Below, in pieces: positions 10,380-23,426 of a stretch of 64,000 nucleotides of DNA; the stretch's first letter is position 1; every line of letters starts with the position of its first letter. A program made the position numbers and the translations under genes. The notes below the pieces were generated by a model, which was given only the letters and a program-made list of their open reading frames with translations, made no database searches and was not told the origin of the DNA. This DNA is from an uncultured Nitrospiraceae bacterium (GTDB lineage: Bacteria > Nitrospirota > Thermodesulfovibrionia > Thermodesulfovibrionales > UBA6898): assembly GCA_963811165.1 (NCBI GenBank), contig CAWEQH010000001.1, positions 160,001 through 224,000 on the forward strand. Direction: 5' to 3'.

Positions 10380-10562
10380 TCTATACCTCCCAATGGTTTT
10401 AAAAGGTGCCGACACTTTTTAAACTAATTATATAACATTTTATAAAAAGTTCGCCAACCATTTTCCTCATAAATAAGTACGCGAGATAATTTACTGAAAA
10501 TAATGGCCAAAATACAACGGCAAAATATTATAATGGTGAATAAAAATTTATTAGGTGGAGAG

Positions 10563-12446
10563 ATGAGACATATAATTCTCGGTACTGCTGGCCATATAGA
10601 CCATGGAAAGAGTTCTCTTGTAAAAGCGCTTACAGGGATTGACCCGGATAGGCTGAAGGAAGAAAAAGAGCGCGGAATAACGATCGATATAGGCTTTGCA
10701 GACCTTGTCTTTCCCGACAGTGGGCTTTCCGTTGGCATTGTTGATGTCCCGGGACATGAGAAACTTATCAGGAACATGCTGGCGGGTGCGGGCGGGATAG
10801 ACATGGTTTTGCTTGTTATCGCCGCCGACGAAGGGATCATGCCTCAGAGTCGGGAGCACCTCGCAATATGCGATCTGCTTAAAATAAAGTCCGGACTCAT
10901 AGCGATTACGAAGACAGACCTTGCAGAGAAAGGATGGGTTGATCTGGTAAGGGATGAAATACTCGCCTTTGTGAAAGGTACATTTCTTGAGAATTCTCCA
11001 ATAATTGGGGTCTCCTCAAAGACAGGTGAAAATCTCGATGCCCTGAAAAGAGAGATTAGAGAGATTGCCCTAAGAATTGCTCCGAAGAATACGGGTGGTC
11101 TGTTCAGGCTTCCCATAGACAGGGTCTTTACACTAAAGGGGTTCGGTACCGTTATTACCGGCACCGCGATATCCGGGAGAATTTCCCTAGACGACCCGCT
11201 CGAGATACTGCCGGCAAATATAAAGGCCAAGGTCAGAGGACTTCATAGCCACGGCAGCGCCATTTCGACCGCATACGCCGGACAGCGGGTTGCGGTGAAT
11301 CTCCAGGGAGTTGAGAAAGAGAGCCTGACAAGAGGGGACGTTGCATTAACCCCGTCAAGTTTTGCCGAGACAAAAATTATGGATGCATTTCTGGAATTGC
11401 TTCCTGATGCACCTCCATTAAAAAATAAAAGTCTGGTCCATTTCTACGTCGGCACTTCCGAAACTGTCGCCAGAATAATACTTTACGAAAAGGAAGAATT
11501 AAGACCCCTGGATAATTGTTATTGCCAACTCAGGCTTCAAGATCCCGTTATCGCAGTCTCTGGTGATAGATATATCATCAGAAGGTTTTCACCTCTTGAA
11601 ACCCTTGGAGGAGGAGAAGTTCTCGATACGTCGCCGCCGAGAAGAAGGCGCAGGGAAGGGATAGAAGATCTCAGAGTGCTCTATTCGGGTAGCCTCGACG
11701 GGAAGATCGCGCTAAAGATAGAGAAGTCAGGACCTCAGGGGATATCTCTTAATACTCTGAAGGGGTGGGTAAACATCGATCTTAAAACGTTGGCAGACAC
11801 TGTTGAGAAGCTCGAAAAGGCCGGAGAATTAATTGTCTTTGAAGATCAGCTTATTCATAAAAAATCATTTTTGTCCCTTCAAAACAAAGTACTCGGACTG
11901 CTGATGGTCTTTCATAAGAAAAACCCACTTAAACCGGGAATGTCCAAAGAAGAAATAAGGAACCAGTTGAGAATTGATGCTCGACTTTTCAACTTTATCC
12001 TTGCCGGATTAAGAGGCGTGCTGGTCGAAAAAGATCTGGTCAGGCACGGCGATTTCAAAGTTGCGCTTTCGAGCAGCGAGGAAGAATTCAGGGTAAAGAT
12101 ACTTGCGCTGCTCGAAAAAGGGAGGTTTCAGCCCCCGACGAAAGAAGAACTCTCTTCTTTGTTAAAGATAGAACCGAAGCGGTTGACTGACATCCTCTCT
12201 CTGATGTCGAAGGAAGGAAAGGTAGTGAGAGTGAACGAATCTATCTATATGTCGACGGCCGGCTATAATGAAATGATATCGTCACTCGGGACTTTTTTCG
12301 GGAAAAAACCCGCGATGACTGTGGCTGAGTTCAGAGATTTACTAAATACGACAAGAAAATATGCGCTTCCTTTTCTCGAATTTCTCGATTCTCAGAAAGT
12401 CACGCTTCGCACGGGAGATGTGAGAAAATTCATTCTGAAGAGGTAG
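10563..12446 (+). CDS. selB: Selenocysteine-specific elongation factor
   Basis: [28 protein letters not shown]-terminal [13 protein letters not shown]. Confidence 0.97.
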   Translation: MRHIILGTAGHIDHGKSSLVKALTGIDPDRLKEEKERGITIDIGFADLVFPDSGLSVGIVDVPGHEKLIRNMLAGAGGIDMVLLVIAADEGIMPQSREHLAICDLLKIKSGLIAITKTDLAEKGWVDLVRDEILAFVKGTFLENSPIIGVSSKTGENLDALKREIREIALRIAPKNTGGLFRLPIDRVFTLKGFGTVITGTAISGRISLDDPLEILPANIKAKVRGLHSHGSAISTAYAGQRVAVNLQGVEKESLTRGDVALTPSSFAETKIMDAFLELLPDAPPLKNKSLVHFYVGTSETVARIILYEKEELRPLDNCYCQLRLQDPVIAVSGDRYIIRRFSPLETLGGGEVLDTSPPRRRRREGIEDLRVLYSGSLDGKIALKIEKSGPQGISLNTLKGWVNIDLKTLADTVEKLEKAGELIVFEDQLIHKKSFLSLQNKVLGLLMVFHKKNPLKPGMSKEEIRNQLRIDARLFNFILAGLRGVLVEKDLVRHGDFKVALSSSEEEFRVKILALLEKGRFQPPTKEELSSLLKIEPKRLTDILSLMSKEGKVVRVNESIYMSTAGYNEMISSLGTFFGKKPAMTVAEFRDLLNTTRKYALPFLEFLDSQKVTLRTGDVRKFILKR

Positions 12447-12504
12447 AGTTATCACCCCCGAAAGAGATGGCCCTTCCTGGTAAATATATATAAAAGCACT
12501 GGAT

Positions 12505-12520
12505 TGTTCCACGTGGAACG
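12505..12520. promoter_or_regulatory. parS: parS centromere-like site
   Basis: TGTTCCACGTGGAACG, close to the parS consensus with a 14-bp perfect palindromic core, just upstream of parA. Confidence 0.9.
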
Positions 12521-12585
12521 ACTGACAAGGAGTGAGTAAAGATTTTTATCGAATCCGTGGGCAAAATGCTATAATACTTTCTGAT

Positions 12586-13365
12586 ATGCACAAAATTATA
12601 GCCATAGTGAACCAAAAGGGTGGGGTGGGAAAGACGACAACCGCGATAAATCTCGCGGCATCACTTGCACTTTCAGGCGAGAAGATCCTCCTTATCGACA
12701 TAGATCCGCAGGGAAATTCCACGTCAGGACTGGGAATAGCGAGAGATTCGCTTCAAAATACTCTCTATAGCGTTTTTTCGGGTACATGCGGGGTGAATGA
12801 AGCCATAATGGCCACCTCCGTGGAGAACCTGTTTGTACTTCCTTCGAGCATAGATCTTCTCGGCGCTGAGATTGAGCTTGCGGGAAGAGAAGGTCGTGAG
12901 CGTATTCTTTCGGAAACTTTAGAAACAATTACAGACATCTACCGATATATCTTTATCGACTGCCCGCCCTCGCTCGGTCTTCTGACAGTGAATGCGCTTG
13001 TTGCGGCCGGGTCGGTCCTCGTTCCGGTTCAATGTGAGTATTATGCGCTCGAGGGGCTTGGGCTTTTGACAAGAACATTACGTCTTGTCAGGGCATCTTT
13101 TAATCCAGGTATTGACATCGAAGGGATACTTCTGACCATGTTCGACACCAGAAACAGCCTTGCCCATCAGGTGGTCACGGAAATCAAGAAACACTTCGGT
13201 GAAAAAGTTTATTCCACAATAATACCTCGAAATGTGGCCCTGAGCGAAGCCCCGAGTCACGGCAAGCCGGCAATTCTATACGATGTCCGGTCAAGAGGAG
13301 CTCAGAGTTATCTATCTTTGGCAAAGGAGATGCTGCATGAAAACGGCGTTGGGCAAAGGGCTTAA
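12586..13365 (+). CDS. parA: Chromosome partitioning ATPase
   Basis: [30 protein letters not shown]. Confidence 0.95.
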   Translation: MHKIIAIVNQKGGVGKTTTAINLAASLALSGEKILLIDIDPQGNSTSGLGIARDSLQNTLYSVFSGTCGVNEAIMATSVENLFVLPSSIDLLGAEIELAGREGRERILSETLETITDIYRYIFIDCPPSLGLLTVNALVAAGSVLVPVQCEYYALEGLGLLTRTLRLVRASFNPGIDIEGILLTMFDTRNSLAHQVVTEIKKHFGEKVYSTIIPRNVALSEAPSHGKPAILYDVRSRGAQSYLSLAKEMLHENGVGQRA

Positions 13366-14161
13366 TGCCCTGATACCCGAAAAGGGCGAAGAGGTCTTAT
13401 ATCTTGATGTTGACAGGATTATGCCCGGCAAACAGCAGCCGCGGAGGGTCTTTCATGAGGAATCTCTGAAAGAGCTGGCAGCGTCGATAAAAGAAAAAGG
13501 GGTTCTCCAACCGATCATCGTATCGAGAACGGGCGACGGCGCTTTTAATCTTATTGCGGGAGAACGAAGATGGAGGGCGTCAATCCTTGCCGGGCTGAAA
13601 AAAATTCCTGCCCTGATAAAAAACGTCGCTTCAAAGGATTCCTTAGAGATCGCCTTAATCGAGAATATACAGAGAGAAGATCTCAACCCTATTGAGACGG
13701 CGGAGGCGTTCAATCGCTTAGTCAAAGATTTCGATCTCACTCAGGAAGATCTCGCCGCCAGGGTTGGGAAGGAACGAGCTACGGTTGCAAATTACCTGCG
13801 GCTGCTTAAGCTTCCGGATGAGATTAAGACGATGTTGTATAACGGCTCTTTAAGTATGGGTCATGCCCGGGCCCTGTTGGCTGTTGAGGGAAGGACCCGC
13901 CAGATTGAGGCGGCGCGGAAGATCATTAAGAGTAGCCTAAGCGTAAGGGAAACGGAGCTGCTGGCAAAGAATATTTCCAAACCGCCCAAGAGTGGAGACA
14001 AAAAAGATCCTCAGATTGCCTCCCTGGAGGAGAAACTCATCAAACATCTGGGAACTAAAGTGCGTATATCGCATAAAGGCAAAAAAGGCGGAAAGATAGA
14101 GATTGAATATTATTCGCTCGATGAGTTTGACAGATTGTTAGAGATATTAATGGCGGGATGA
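13337..14161 (+). CDS. parB: Chromosome partitioning protein
   Basis: [31 protein letters not shown]. Confidence 0.95.
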   Translation: MKTALGKGLNALIPEKGEEVLYLDVDRIMPGKQQPRRVFHEESLKELAASIKEKGVLQPIIVSRTGDGAFNLIAGERRWRASILAGLKKIPALIKNVASKDSLEIALIENIQREDLNPIETAEAFNRLVKDFDLTQEDLAARVGKERATVANYLRLLKLPDEIKTMLYNGSLSMGHARALLAVEGRTRQIEAARKIIKSSLSVRETELLAKNISKPPKSGDKKDPQIASLEEKLIKHLGTKVRISHKGKKGGKIEIEYYSLDEFDRLLEILMAG

Positions 14162-14685
14162 AAAAAAACATCCTTTTAACAGGCATACCGGGTTCCGGCA
14201 AGACGACGCTGATAAGGAAACTCTCAGAGGTATTCAAAGAGTTCAATCCTACAGGGTTTTATACGGCAGAGATCACGGAAGAAGGCGTTCAGGCGGGACT
14301 TCTTATTGGGAGCCTTTATGGCGACAGCAGGATACTTGCTCATGTCGGGCTCAAGAGCAAATACGGCGTCGGCAAGTTTCGTGTTGATGTGAAAGGTTTT
14401 GATACCATGCTCGATACTATCTTTTCGAAGGATAAAAAAACCGGATTATATTTTATCGATGAGATAGGAAAGGTTGAATGTCTCTCCAGGAAATTCTGCA
14501 AGATGGTCGTCGAGCTTCTTAATGCGGAAAAACCCGTTATTGCCTCAATCTCGGATAAAGGCACTGGAATCATAAGCGAAATCAAGAAGAGAAATGATGT
14601 GAAGTTGCACGAGATTACCCTTGAGAACCATGAGTTGAAGTTGAAAGAGTTGACGATGGAAATCAGGGACCTTCTTCTCGAATAA
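14158..14685 (+). CDS. NTPase_1 (THEP1-type) nucleoside triphosphatase
   Basis: LTGIPGSGKTT, GFYT, IDEIGKVE. Confidence 0.85.
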   Translation: MKKNILLTGIPGSGKTTLIRKLSEVFKEFNPTGFYTAEITEEGVQAGLLIGSLYGDSRILAHVGLKSKYGVGKFRVDVKGFDTMLDTIFSKDKKTGLYFIDEIGKVECLSRKFCKMVVELLNAEKPVIASISDKGTGIISEIKKRNDVKLHEITLENHELKLKELTMEIRDLLLE

Positions 14686-14705
14686 ACCCCGGAAGTATCC
14701 CCGCA

Positions 14706-15887
14706 ATGCGCGATAAGATCAGAACAGGCCTGGACTTGATAGAAAGGGAATGGCCCCGGAATCTCAACGGCTCCAGGATTGGGTTGTTAGTGCATCCTGC
14801 TTCTGTAAACCGAAATCTTCAACATGCGGTGTCTGTAAGCCGTAAATCCAGGAAATTCAAGCTCGCTGCACTTTTTGGACCACAGCATGGATTTAGAGGC
14901 GAAACACAGGACAATATGGTTGAATGGGAAGGATTTCGAGATGGTTCCACCCGGCTACCGGTTTATAGCCTTTATGGAGAGGTTCGCCAGCCATCCCAGG
15001 AAATGCTCAGAGATATTGATGTAATGGTCATCGACTTACAGGATATCGGTTCTCGGTATTACACTTTTATCTGGACGATGGCACTGGTCATGAAGTCTTG
15101 CAGGGATGCCGGCAAGGCGGTTGTTGTTTTGGACAGGCCAAACCCTATCGGGGGCAATCTCACCGAGGGCCCTGTTCTTGATCCGACGTATAAGTCCTTT
15201 GTGGGGCTGCATCCGCTTCCTGTCCGGCACGGAATGACTGTCGGGGAGGTTGCGCAATGTCTCAAATCTTTTTATATGGGCGCCGAGCTCTCCGTAATCG
15301 CTATGAAAGGATGGAAAAGACGAATGTGGTTTGAAGATACGGGGCTTCCCTGGGTATTGCCTTCCCCCAATATGCCGACTGTTGAGACAGCGCTGGTTTA
15401 TCCTGGGATGTGTCTTATCGAGGGCACTAACTTGAGCGAAGGGCGTGGGACTACACGACCTTTTGAGATCTTTGGGGCGCCTTTTATCTCCCCCGATGTC
15501 CTTATAAAAAGACTATCTGAATTTAGGCTACCCGGCATCGTTTTTCGACCTCTTTACTTTTTGCCGACTTTCCAGAAGTATGCCGGAATAGTCTGTGGCG
15601 GCGCACAGATACATATCACTGAAAAAGAGAAATTCCGGCCCTTCAAGACCGGAGTAGCTGTCATTAAAGCTGTTTTTGAGCTTTACGGGAAGTACTTTGC
15701 ATGGAAAAGACCCCCTTATGAATATGAGGAGAAACTACTGCCCATTGATATCCTCGCAGGCACTGACAGAGTGAGGAGTGACATTGAAAAGGACTTAAAT
15801 CTTAAGGAGATGGAAATATGGTGGGAGGGAGAGTTGAGCGTTTTTAATAAAAGAATCAGAAACAGTTGTCTTTTGTACCGTGATTAA
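14706..15887 (+). CDS. namZ: DUF1343 exo-beta-N-acetylmuramidase
   Basis: FGPQHG, DLQDIGSRYYTF, LDRPNP, PSPNMP, SEGRGTTRPF. Confidence 0.85.
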   Translation: MRDKIRTGLDLIEREWPRNLNGSRIGLLVHPASVNRNLQHAVSVSRKSRKFKLAALFGPQHGFRGETQDNMVEWEGFRDGSTRLPVYSLYGEVRQPSQEMLRDIDVMVIDLQDIGSRYYTFIWTMALVMKSCRDAGKAVVVLDRPNPIGGNLTEGPVLDPTYKSFVGLHPLPVRHGMTVGEVAQCLKSFYMGAELSVIAMKGWKRRMWFEDTGLPWVLPSPNMPTVETALVYPGMCLIEGTNLSEGRGTTRPFEIFGAPFISPDVLIKRLSEFRLPGIVFRPLYFLPTFQKYAGIVCGGAQIHITEKEKFRPFKTGVAVIKAVFELYGKYFAWKRPPYEYEEKLLPIDILAGTDRVRSDIEKDLNLKEMEIWWEGELSVFNKRIRNSCLLYRD

Positions 15888-17829
15888 AGCATTCATATTA
15901 GCTGCGGGATTTGGTGAGAGGCTTAGACCAATCACAAGTCATATACCCAAACCGCTTCTCCCGGTCCTCGGAAAGCCGGTCATTGAAAGGCTGGTACAGC
16001 GAGTTTTGGCTGTTCCCGTTGCGCGTGTGGGAGTAAATGCGCACTATAAAGCAGAAATGCTTGGTCAGTGGGCAGAGACATCGGATTATGCCGACAAAAT
16101 TGAACTCCATTACGAACAAAAGATTCTCGGCACTGGAGGGGCTCTAAAAAATGCGGAGCGTTTTCTCCGTGGCTCGATCTTTCTTGTTCATAATGCGGAT
16201 ATTTTTTCGGACATAAATCTAAGGGTCCTAATTGAAAAGCATATCTCTGAAGGCAATGTCGCCACACTTGCAGTCCATAACCATCACAGTTTCAATAACG
16301 TCCGGATCGATAAGGGCGGCCGGTTGCTCTCTGTCGGAGATAACCAACCCCAAGGGAGGGGCTCGCGCAGGGTCGCTTTTACGGGTGTCGCGGTTTATTC
16401 CCCTGAATTTCTAGACTTGCTTCCTGCCGGAAAGTCTAGTGTCATCGATGCATGGCTCAGGGCCCTTATGTCAGGGCTCAACGTGGGCACAGTTGACTTT
16501 ACCGGCTGCCGGTGGACAGATATCGGGACTGCCGAGGCTTTTTCCTCGTTTGTCTTCTCATTGCTAAAAGAAGAGGGAGAGGTACTCTATATTCATCCTG
16601 AAGTTGACTGCAGGGGAGCAGAATTGGGTGCAAGAACGGTCATTGAAGGGGGCTGTATTATAGAAAAAAAGGCATCAATCCGGGGTTCTATTTTGCTTCC
16701 GGGTGCAAAGGTGCGGGAAGGTTCTCAAATAGAAAACGCGATCATCGGACCGGACTATACGATCAGCCTGAAGGAAACACTTGCCATTCCATCCTTTCTC
16801 CCTTCCGAATTAACTTCAGGTTTCCTCGGTGATTCCCCCAACAAGATTTCGATGACTATCATCGGAGTTGGAGGATCCGACAGGAATTATTACAGAATAA
16901 GAAATGGGAACAAAACAGCGGTCCTTATGGAGTGTGCCAAACTTGATCCCGATTATCAAAGACATATAATTTACACAGAGTTCTTTAAGAAAAATTCCGT
17001 GCCTGTTCCGGAACTGCTCGGTTCGGGTACCGGAGGCTCCGCCCATCCGATCTTCGTAAAACGTGGATATGTGTATGCCCTGTTTGAGGATCTCGGTGAT
17101 ATCTCACTTTATTCCTGGCTTAAGTGCCAAAAGGAGACTCCGGTCATTGAAGATCTTTATAGGCGCGTTATAGACATAATGGTCAATTTGCATACAAGGG
17201 TTTCAGACGATGTCTCGGATTGTCTGCTGCTTCAGTCTCGGGTATTTGACGCCGAACACCTGCGCTGGGAAACTGACTATTTTATCAAGAGATATGTATC
17301 AGGGCTCAGAGGCATCTCGATCCCAAACCTATCATTGCTCGGTAAAGAATTCGATCGCCTTGCAGCGATTGTGGATACATTTGAGAAGGCAGTAGTGCAT
17401 AGAGATTTCCAGTCTCAGAACATAATGGTCGCCAAGGATGATGTCCCGAGAATTATCGATTATCAGGGCGCCAGAATTGGACCCCCCTCTTATGACCTCG
17501 CTTCTTTGTTGTGGGACCCTTACTCTCCGATCGATGGCGGCAGCCGGGAAATATTGCTTGAATATTACATTAACGGAGTCAGGGATTATCACGGCAGCAC
17601 CTTTAATGAGGAAGCTTTCCGAAAGACGATAATCCCCTGCCGGCTTCAAAGACATATGCAAGCATTGGGGGCGTACGGATTTCTCTCAGTGGTAAAAGGC
17701 AGATCCTATTTCCTAAAATATGTCCCTCAGACTATTCAGTATTTGAAAGAAGAAGTGAAAACGGTAAAGAACGACTATCCTTTGCTCTGTGAACTTCTGA
17801 CCGGTCTCGATGAGAAAACTGAATATTGA
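15880..17829 (+). CDS. Sugar-1-phosphate nucleotidyltransferase (MurU-like) fused to an APH-family sugar kinase (AmgK-like)
   Basis: LAAGFGERLRPIT..PKPL; GGSDRNYYR, EDLGD, HRDFQSQN, IDYQG. Confidence 0.82.
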   Translation: MIKAFILAAGFGERLRPITSHIPKPLLPVLGKPVIERLVQRVLAVPVARVGVNAHYKAEMLGQWAETSDYADKIELHYEQKILGTGGALKNAERFLRGSIFLVHNADIFSDINLRVLIEKHISEGNVATLAVHNHHSFNNVRIDKGGRLLSVGDNQPQGRGSRRVAFTGVAVYSPEFLDLLPAGKSSVIDAWLRALMSGLNVGTVDFTGCRWTDIGTAEAFSSFVFSLLKEEGEVLYIHPEVDCRGAELGARTVIEGGCIIEKKASIRGSILLPGAKVREGSQIENAIIGPDYTISLKETLAIPSFLPSELTSGFLGDSPNKISMTIIGVGGSDRNYYRIRNGNKTAVLMECAKLDPDYQRHIIYTEFFKKNSVPVPELLGSGTGGSAHPIFVKRGYVYALFEDLGDISLYSWLKCQKETPVIEDLYRRVIDIMVNLHTRVSDDVSDCLLLQSRVFDAEHLRWETDYFIKRYVSGLRGISIPNLSLLGKEFDRLAAIVDTFEKAVVHRDFQSQNIMVAKDDVPRIIDYQGARIGPPSYDLASLLWDPYSPIDGGSREILLEYYINGVRDYHGSTFNEEAFRKTIIPCRLQRHMQALGAYGFLSVVKGRSYFLKYVPQTIQYLKEEVKTVKNDYPLLCELLTGLDEKTEY

Positions 17830-18349
17830 TTTTGATGAGGTGCAGAAGGCCATGGAAGATACGGTCAGAGACGCCTTTGATTACTTTCTGGACGTAGAGA
17901 CTGGAGAAATCCTTATTCTTTCAGAGGATATCCTAAATAGGGCGCGCGTATTGCTTTCCAGGGACTTCGACGAAGATATGGAGGATTTCGATGAGGTTGT
18001 ATTCGACCGGGAGATTGATATTCCAGTCTGGGTGGAAGACGAAATAGAGTTGGCACTGGACATTTTCCTGGGCGGAGACAACTACGTCAGAGTGCCGGAA
18101 AGGGCCCCCCGGAATGTATATGCCGCAATGAACGAATTTATCGACCAGTTTGAAGACGCTCGGTTCGGAAAGGAACTCCGGCAGATGCTGAGCGGTGAGG
18201 GAACGTTCCGAAGGTTTAAAGATGCACTGGAACCATACCCTAAGATTCGGAAACTCTGGTATGGGTATAATGCAAAGATCGCGAGAAAAGAAATAATAGA
18301 ATGGCTCAGGACGCTTTCTATCGAACCGGTCTCGGAGGGGCATTCATAG
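17810..18349 (+). CDS. UPF0158 family protein
   Basis: YFLDVETGEI, GTFRRFKDAL, W..W pattern. Confidence 0.8.
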   Translation: MRKLNIDFDEVQKAMEDTVRDAFDYFLDVETGEILILSEDILNRARVLLSRDFDEDMEDFDEVVFDREIDIPVWVEDEIELALDIFLGGDNYVRVPERAPRNVYAAMNEFIDQFEDARFGKELRQMLSGEGTFRRFKDALEPYPKIRKLWYGYNAKIARKEIIEWLRTLSIEPVSEGHS

Positions 18350-18351
18350 GA

Positions 18352-18380
18352 AGGCCCTTCACGTTGCCGGAAGGGCCTTA
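18352..18380. terminator. Hairpin between convergent genes
   Basis: AAGGCCCTTC-N9-GAAGGGCCTT. Confidence 0.55.
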
Positions 18381-18503
18381 TACACGGTCGGTCAGGAAAC
18401 TTCCATTAATTGTGTGCCTTCACTTCCTCGGTCTCTTTTACCTTGCCGAGACTGCCGATCACATCAACCGGAGGAAAATCTTCTCAGCCGACAAGGTTGA
18501 GGC

Positions 18504-19469
18504 CTATGCTATTCCTTGTCTGAGGATGTCATGAAGGTGAATTACGCCGAGGGCCCTGCCGCTTTCATCAGGTACGACCAAGGACGTAATCGAATACCGC
18601 TCCATAATGGAAAGGGCCTTTGCGGCAAGCTCTTCCGCCGATACGGTCCTGGGATTTCTTGTCATCACTTCTTCTGCGGTCATATCAAAGAAACTCTTGC
18701 CCCAACGTTCAATGCCTCTTCTTAGGTCACCGTCGGTCACAATCCCCAATATCTTATTCCCGGCATCTGCAATTATTGTTATCCCCAGTCTTTTTGATGA
18801 TATTTCCATTACCGCAGCAGTCATGGACACATCCGGCGACGTCAAGGGAAGAGAAGCCCCGCTATGCATGAGATCAGAGACTTTGATGAACAATCTTTTT
18901 CCAAGACTGCCTCGCGGATGGAAAAGGGCGAAATCTTCCTCCTTAAAACCTCTTTTTATCAGGAGAACGATTGCGATTGCGTCGCCCATAGCCATAGCAG
19001 CCGTTGTCGAGGCAGTGGGCACAATGCCGAGGGGACAGGCTTCTTCCTCGACAGAGGTATCTAAGGGGACATCGGCGGACCGAGAGAGGGTTGATTGCAT
19101 ATTGCCGGTGACCGAAATAAGCTTGACATTGAACCTCTTTAGAAAAGGGATGAGACTTACAAGCTCATCAGTCTCCCCGCTATTTGAGATAGCAATTATA
19201 ATATCATTAGCGGTAACCATGCCGAGGTCCCCATGACACGCTTCGGCAGGATGCATGAAGAAGGCAGGGGTTCCGGTTGACGCCAGTGTTGCGGCGATTT
19301 TTTTGCCGACAATTCCGGACTTCCCCATGCCGGTGACAATGACCCTGCCGCTGCTTTCGTATAGCAACCCGATCGCCCTTTCGAAGTTACTGTCGAGCTT
19401 TTCGATTAAAGAGGCAACTGCGTCCGCCTCTGTCCTTAACACCTTTCTGGCAATTTCGAGGATATTCAT
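18504..19469 (-). CDS. kdsD: Arabinose-5-phosphate isomerase (KpsF/GutQ)
   Basis: GMGKSG, STGTPAFFMHPAEACHGDLG, PTAST, CBS pair. Confidence 0.93.
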   Translation of the reverse strand: MNILEIARKVLRTEADAVASLIEKLDSNFERAIGLLYESSGRVIVTGMGKSGIVGKKIAATLASTGTPAFFMHPAEACHGDLGMVTANDIIIAISNSGETDELVSLIPFLKRFNVKLISVTGNMQSTLSRSADVPLDTSVEEEACPLGIVPTASTTAAMAMGDAIAIVLLIKRGFKEEDFALFHPRGSLGKRLFIKVSDLMHSGASLPLTSPDVSMTAAVMEISSKRLGITIIADAGNKILGIVTDGDLRRGIERWGKSFFDMTAEEVMTRNPRTVSAEELAAKALSIMERYSITSLVVPDESGRALGVIHLHDILRQGIA

Positions 19470-19493
19470 ACCTGATTTAGACAAGCTCGCCTC

Positions 19494-20003
19494 TCATTCG
19501 AACTGACATCTCAGCCATCCCATTGGAACACCCTTTCTATGTGCCTCGTCCGCCAGGTCGCTAAGCATTCCTTCAGCGTCTTTCAAACGCCTTCGCGTCT
19601 TTGCAAGCGCCTTGTTGAGTGTCCGCGTCTTCTTATTCCTGGCGGTTCCGCCCGTGTTTTCCTCCGCCAACTCTCGTTCCTTCTCGTTGATCTCCTCGTT
19701 CAACTGCCGGATCTTCTTTCTCTGCGGAGTCGTCCTTTTGCACCAGTATTCCTTTTCTCTTTGTTCCTTGGCGTCTTCGGCCTTAGTTTTCCTGCCCTCC
19801 GAATTCTTCGGCTCAGGCGACTGAGGCTCCCGGGAGTTACCACCCTCGGGGTTTTCATAAGGTTCGAGATCCTTGTTCGAAAAAGACAGCGGCCGCTCGG
19901 AAGAATCTGCGCCGTATGTGCTTGATGACATGAAAGCGATCCCCAGTATTACAGACACAAAAAATAAAAAACCCAACCCCTCCGGACTAATCCCCCTTAT
20001 CAT
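19494..20003 (-). CDS. Exported/membrane-anchored coiled-coil hypothetical protein
   Basis: N-terminal hydrophobic segment, charged helices; overlaps the kdsA stop. Confidence 0.6.
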   Translation of the reverse strand: MIRGISPEGLGFLFFVSVILGIAFMSSSTYGADSSERPLSFSNKDLEPYENPEGGNSREPQSPEPKNSEGRKTKAEDAKEQREKEYWCKRTTPQRKKIRQLNEEINEKERELAEENTGGTARNKKTRTLNKALAKTRRRLKDAEGMLSDLADEAHRKGVPMGWLRCQFE

Positions 20004-20829
20004 TGATAGCCTCCTGTTTTTACGATGTTATCTATTGCCTTGACGGTGGTGAGGAGTTTTCCGACCTCATCCAATCTGATCATATTTGGTCCATCGCATA
20101 ACGCCCTTTTTGGCTCCGGGTGCACTTCAAGGAACAGTCCATCAACTCCTACCGCTACCGCAGCTCTCGCGAGCGGTTCGGCAAATTCCCGCTGCCCGCC
20201 CGAAGAACTCCCCAGACCACCAGGGAGCTGAATACTATGCGTAACATCGAAAATGACCGGAAAGCCGAATGCGCGCATGATGGGGAGTCCCCTGAAATCC
20301 ACAACGAGGTTATTGTATCCGAAAGCGTTGCCCCTTTCGGTAATAAAAAGGTTGAGATTTCCTGCGGAAGAAAATTTATCGATTATGTTTTTCACATCCC
20401 ACGGCGCAAGAAACTGTCCCTTCTTTATATTCACGGGTTTGCCCGTTTTTGACGCAGAAAGAATCAAATCGGTCTGTCTGCAGAGAAAGGCAGGTATCTG
20501 GAGGGCGTCAAGCACCTCCGAGGCCGGCCCTACCTCTTCGACTGAATGGACGTCGGATATTACCGGAATATCAAACTTGCTCCTGACATCTGAAAGTATT
20601 CTGAGCCCCTTCTCCATGCCAGGCCCCCGATAGGAGTCTATGGATGAGCGGTTAGCCTTGTCATAGGAGCTCTTAAAGACAAGAGGCAACCCGGCTTGGC
20701 CGCAGACCTGTTTGAGTTGCTCAGCAGTGTGGAAAACAACGTCTCCGGACTCTATGACACACGGCCCGGCAATGATAAGTGGAGGATGGCCGCTGCCAAA
20801 AACTACATCCCCTATCTTTATCTCCCTCG

Positions 20830-20833
<4 letters not shown>
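20000..20833 (-). CDS. kdsA: KDO 8-phosphate synthase
   Basis: [30 protein letters not shown]. Confidence 0.96.
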
Positions 20834-22489
<1,656 letters not shown>

Positions 22490-22511
<22 letters not shown>

Positions 22512-23249
22512 TTTTCTATCCTCTCCAGATCTTCCGGGGTATCGACCCCGACGGTTTCAAAAAAAGTTTCCCTTACCTTGACCCTGTACCCGTGCTCAAG
22601 CGCACGCAGTTGCTCGAGTTTTTCTATGATCTCAAGACTCGAAGGCTTAATTCTCGTGATTTTCTGAAGCACATCCCGGCGGTAACTGTATATGCCGATA
22701 TGCTTAAAAATAAACAGACCTGAAACGTCCGAGCCTAATTGTCCTTCGGTATTAAATAAGTCCCTGTGATAAGGAATAGGCGCCCTTGAAAAATAAAACG
22801 CAAAGCCCTCATTATCGAAAACGACTTTTACTACATTGGGGTCAAAAATTTCCCTGCGATCTGTCACCCTCTTAGCCAGCGTGCCTATGGAAGCTTCCCG
22901 GTCGTCCAACACCGATATCACGTCGTCGATCATGTCGGGTTCGATAAGGGGCTCGTCTCCCTGGACATTTACAATTATATCATAATCAAGCAGGGCCGCG
23001 GCTTCGGCGATCCTGTCTGTGCCCGAGGCGTGATCCACAGACGTCATCACCGCCTTGCCGCCGAAGGAAAGGACTTTTTCATAGATAATCTCACTGTCCG
23101 TTGCAACAATCACATCGTCTGCAAGACGCGAATGAAGAGAATTCTGATATACATGCTCGTATTACCGGTGTGCCTTGAAGGAGTGCAAGGGGCTTTCCCG
23201 GGAAACGGGTTGAGGAATAACGTGCGGGTATGAGTACAATCGCGGACAT
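22490..23249 (-). CDS. kdsB: CMP-KDO synthetase, with indels near the 5' end
   Basis: Manual [41 protein letters not shown]. Confidence 0.92.
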
Positions 23250-23426
23250 GAATTTCTAATTATATAACATAATTATGGATTTTTTGACGAGGAAATTAAT
23301 AAAATAAGAAGATTTCGATTCCTGGGTTTAATCCAAGATAAATCTTGTATGACAGTAAGGGAATTATCTTTGCCGGGCTGTCTGAAATTATATGAAGGGA
23401 AAAAAATATTCCGAGGAGAAGATTGC

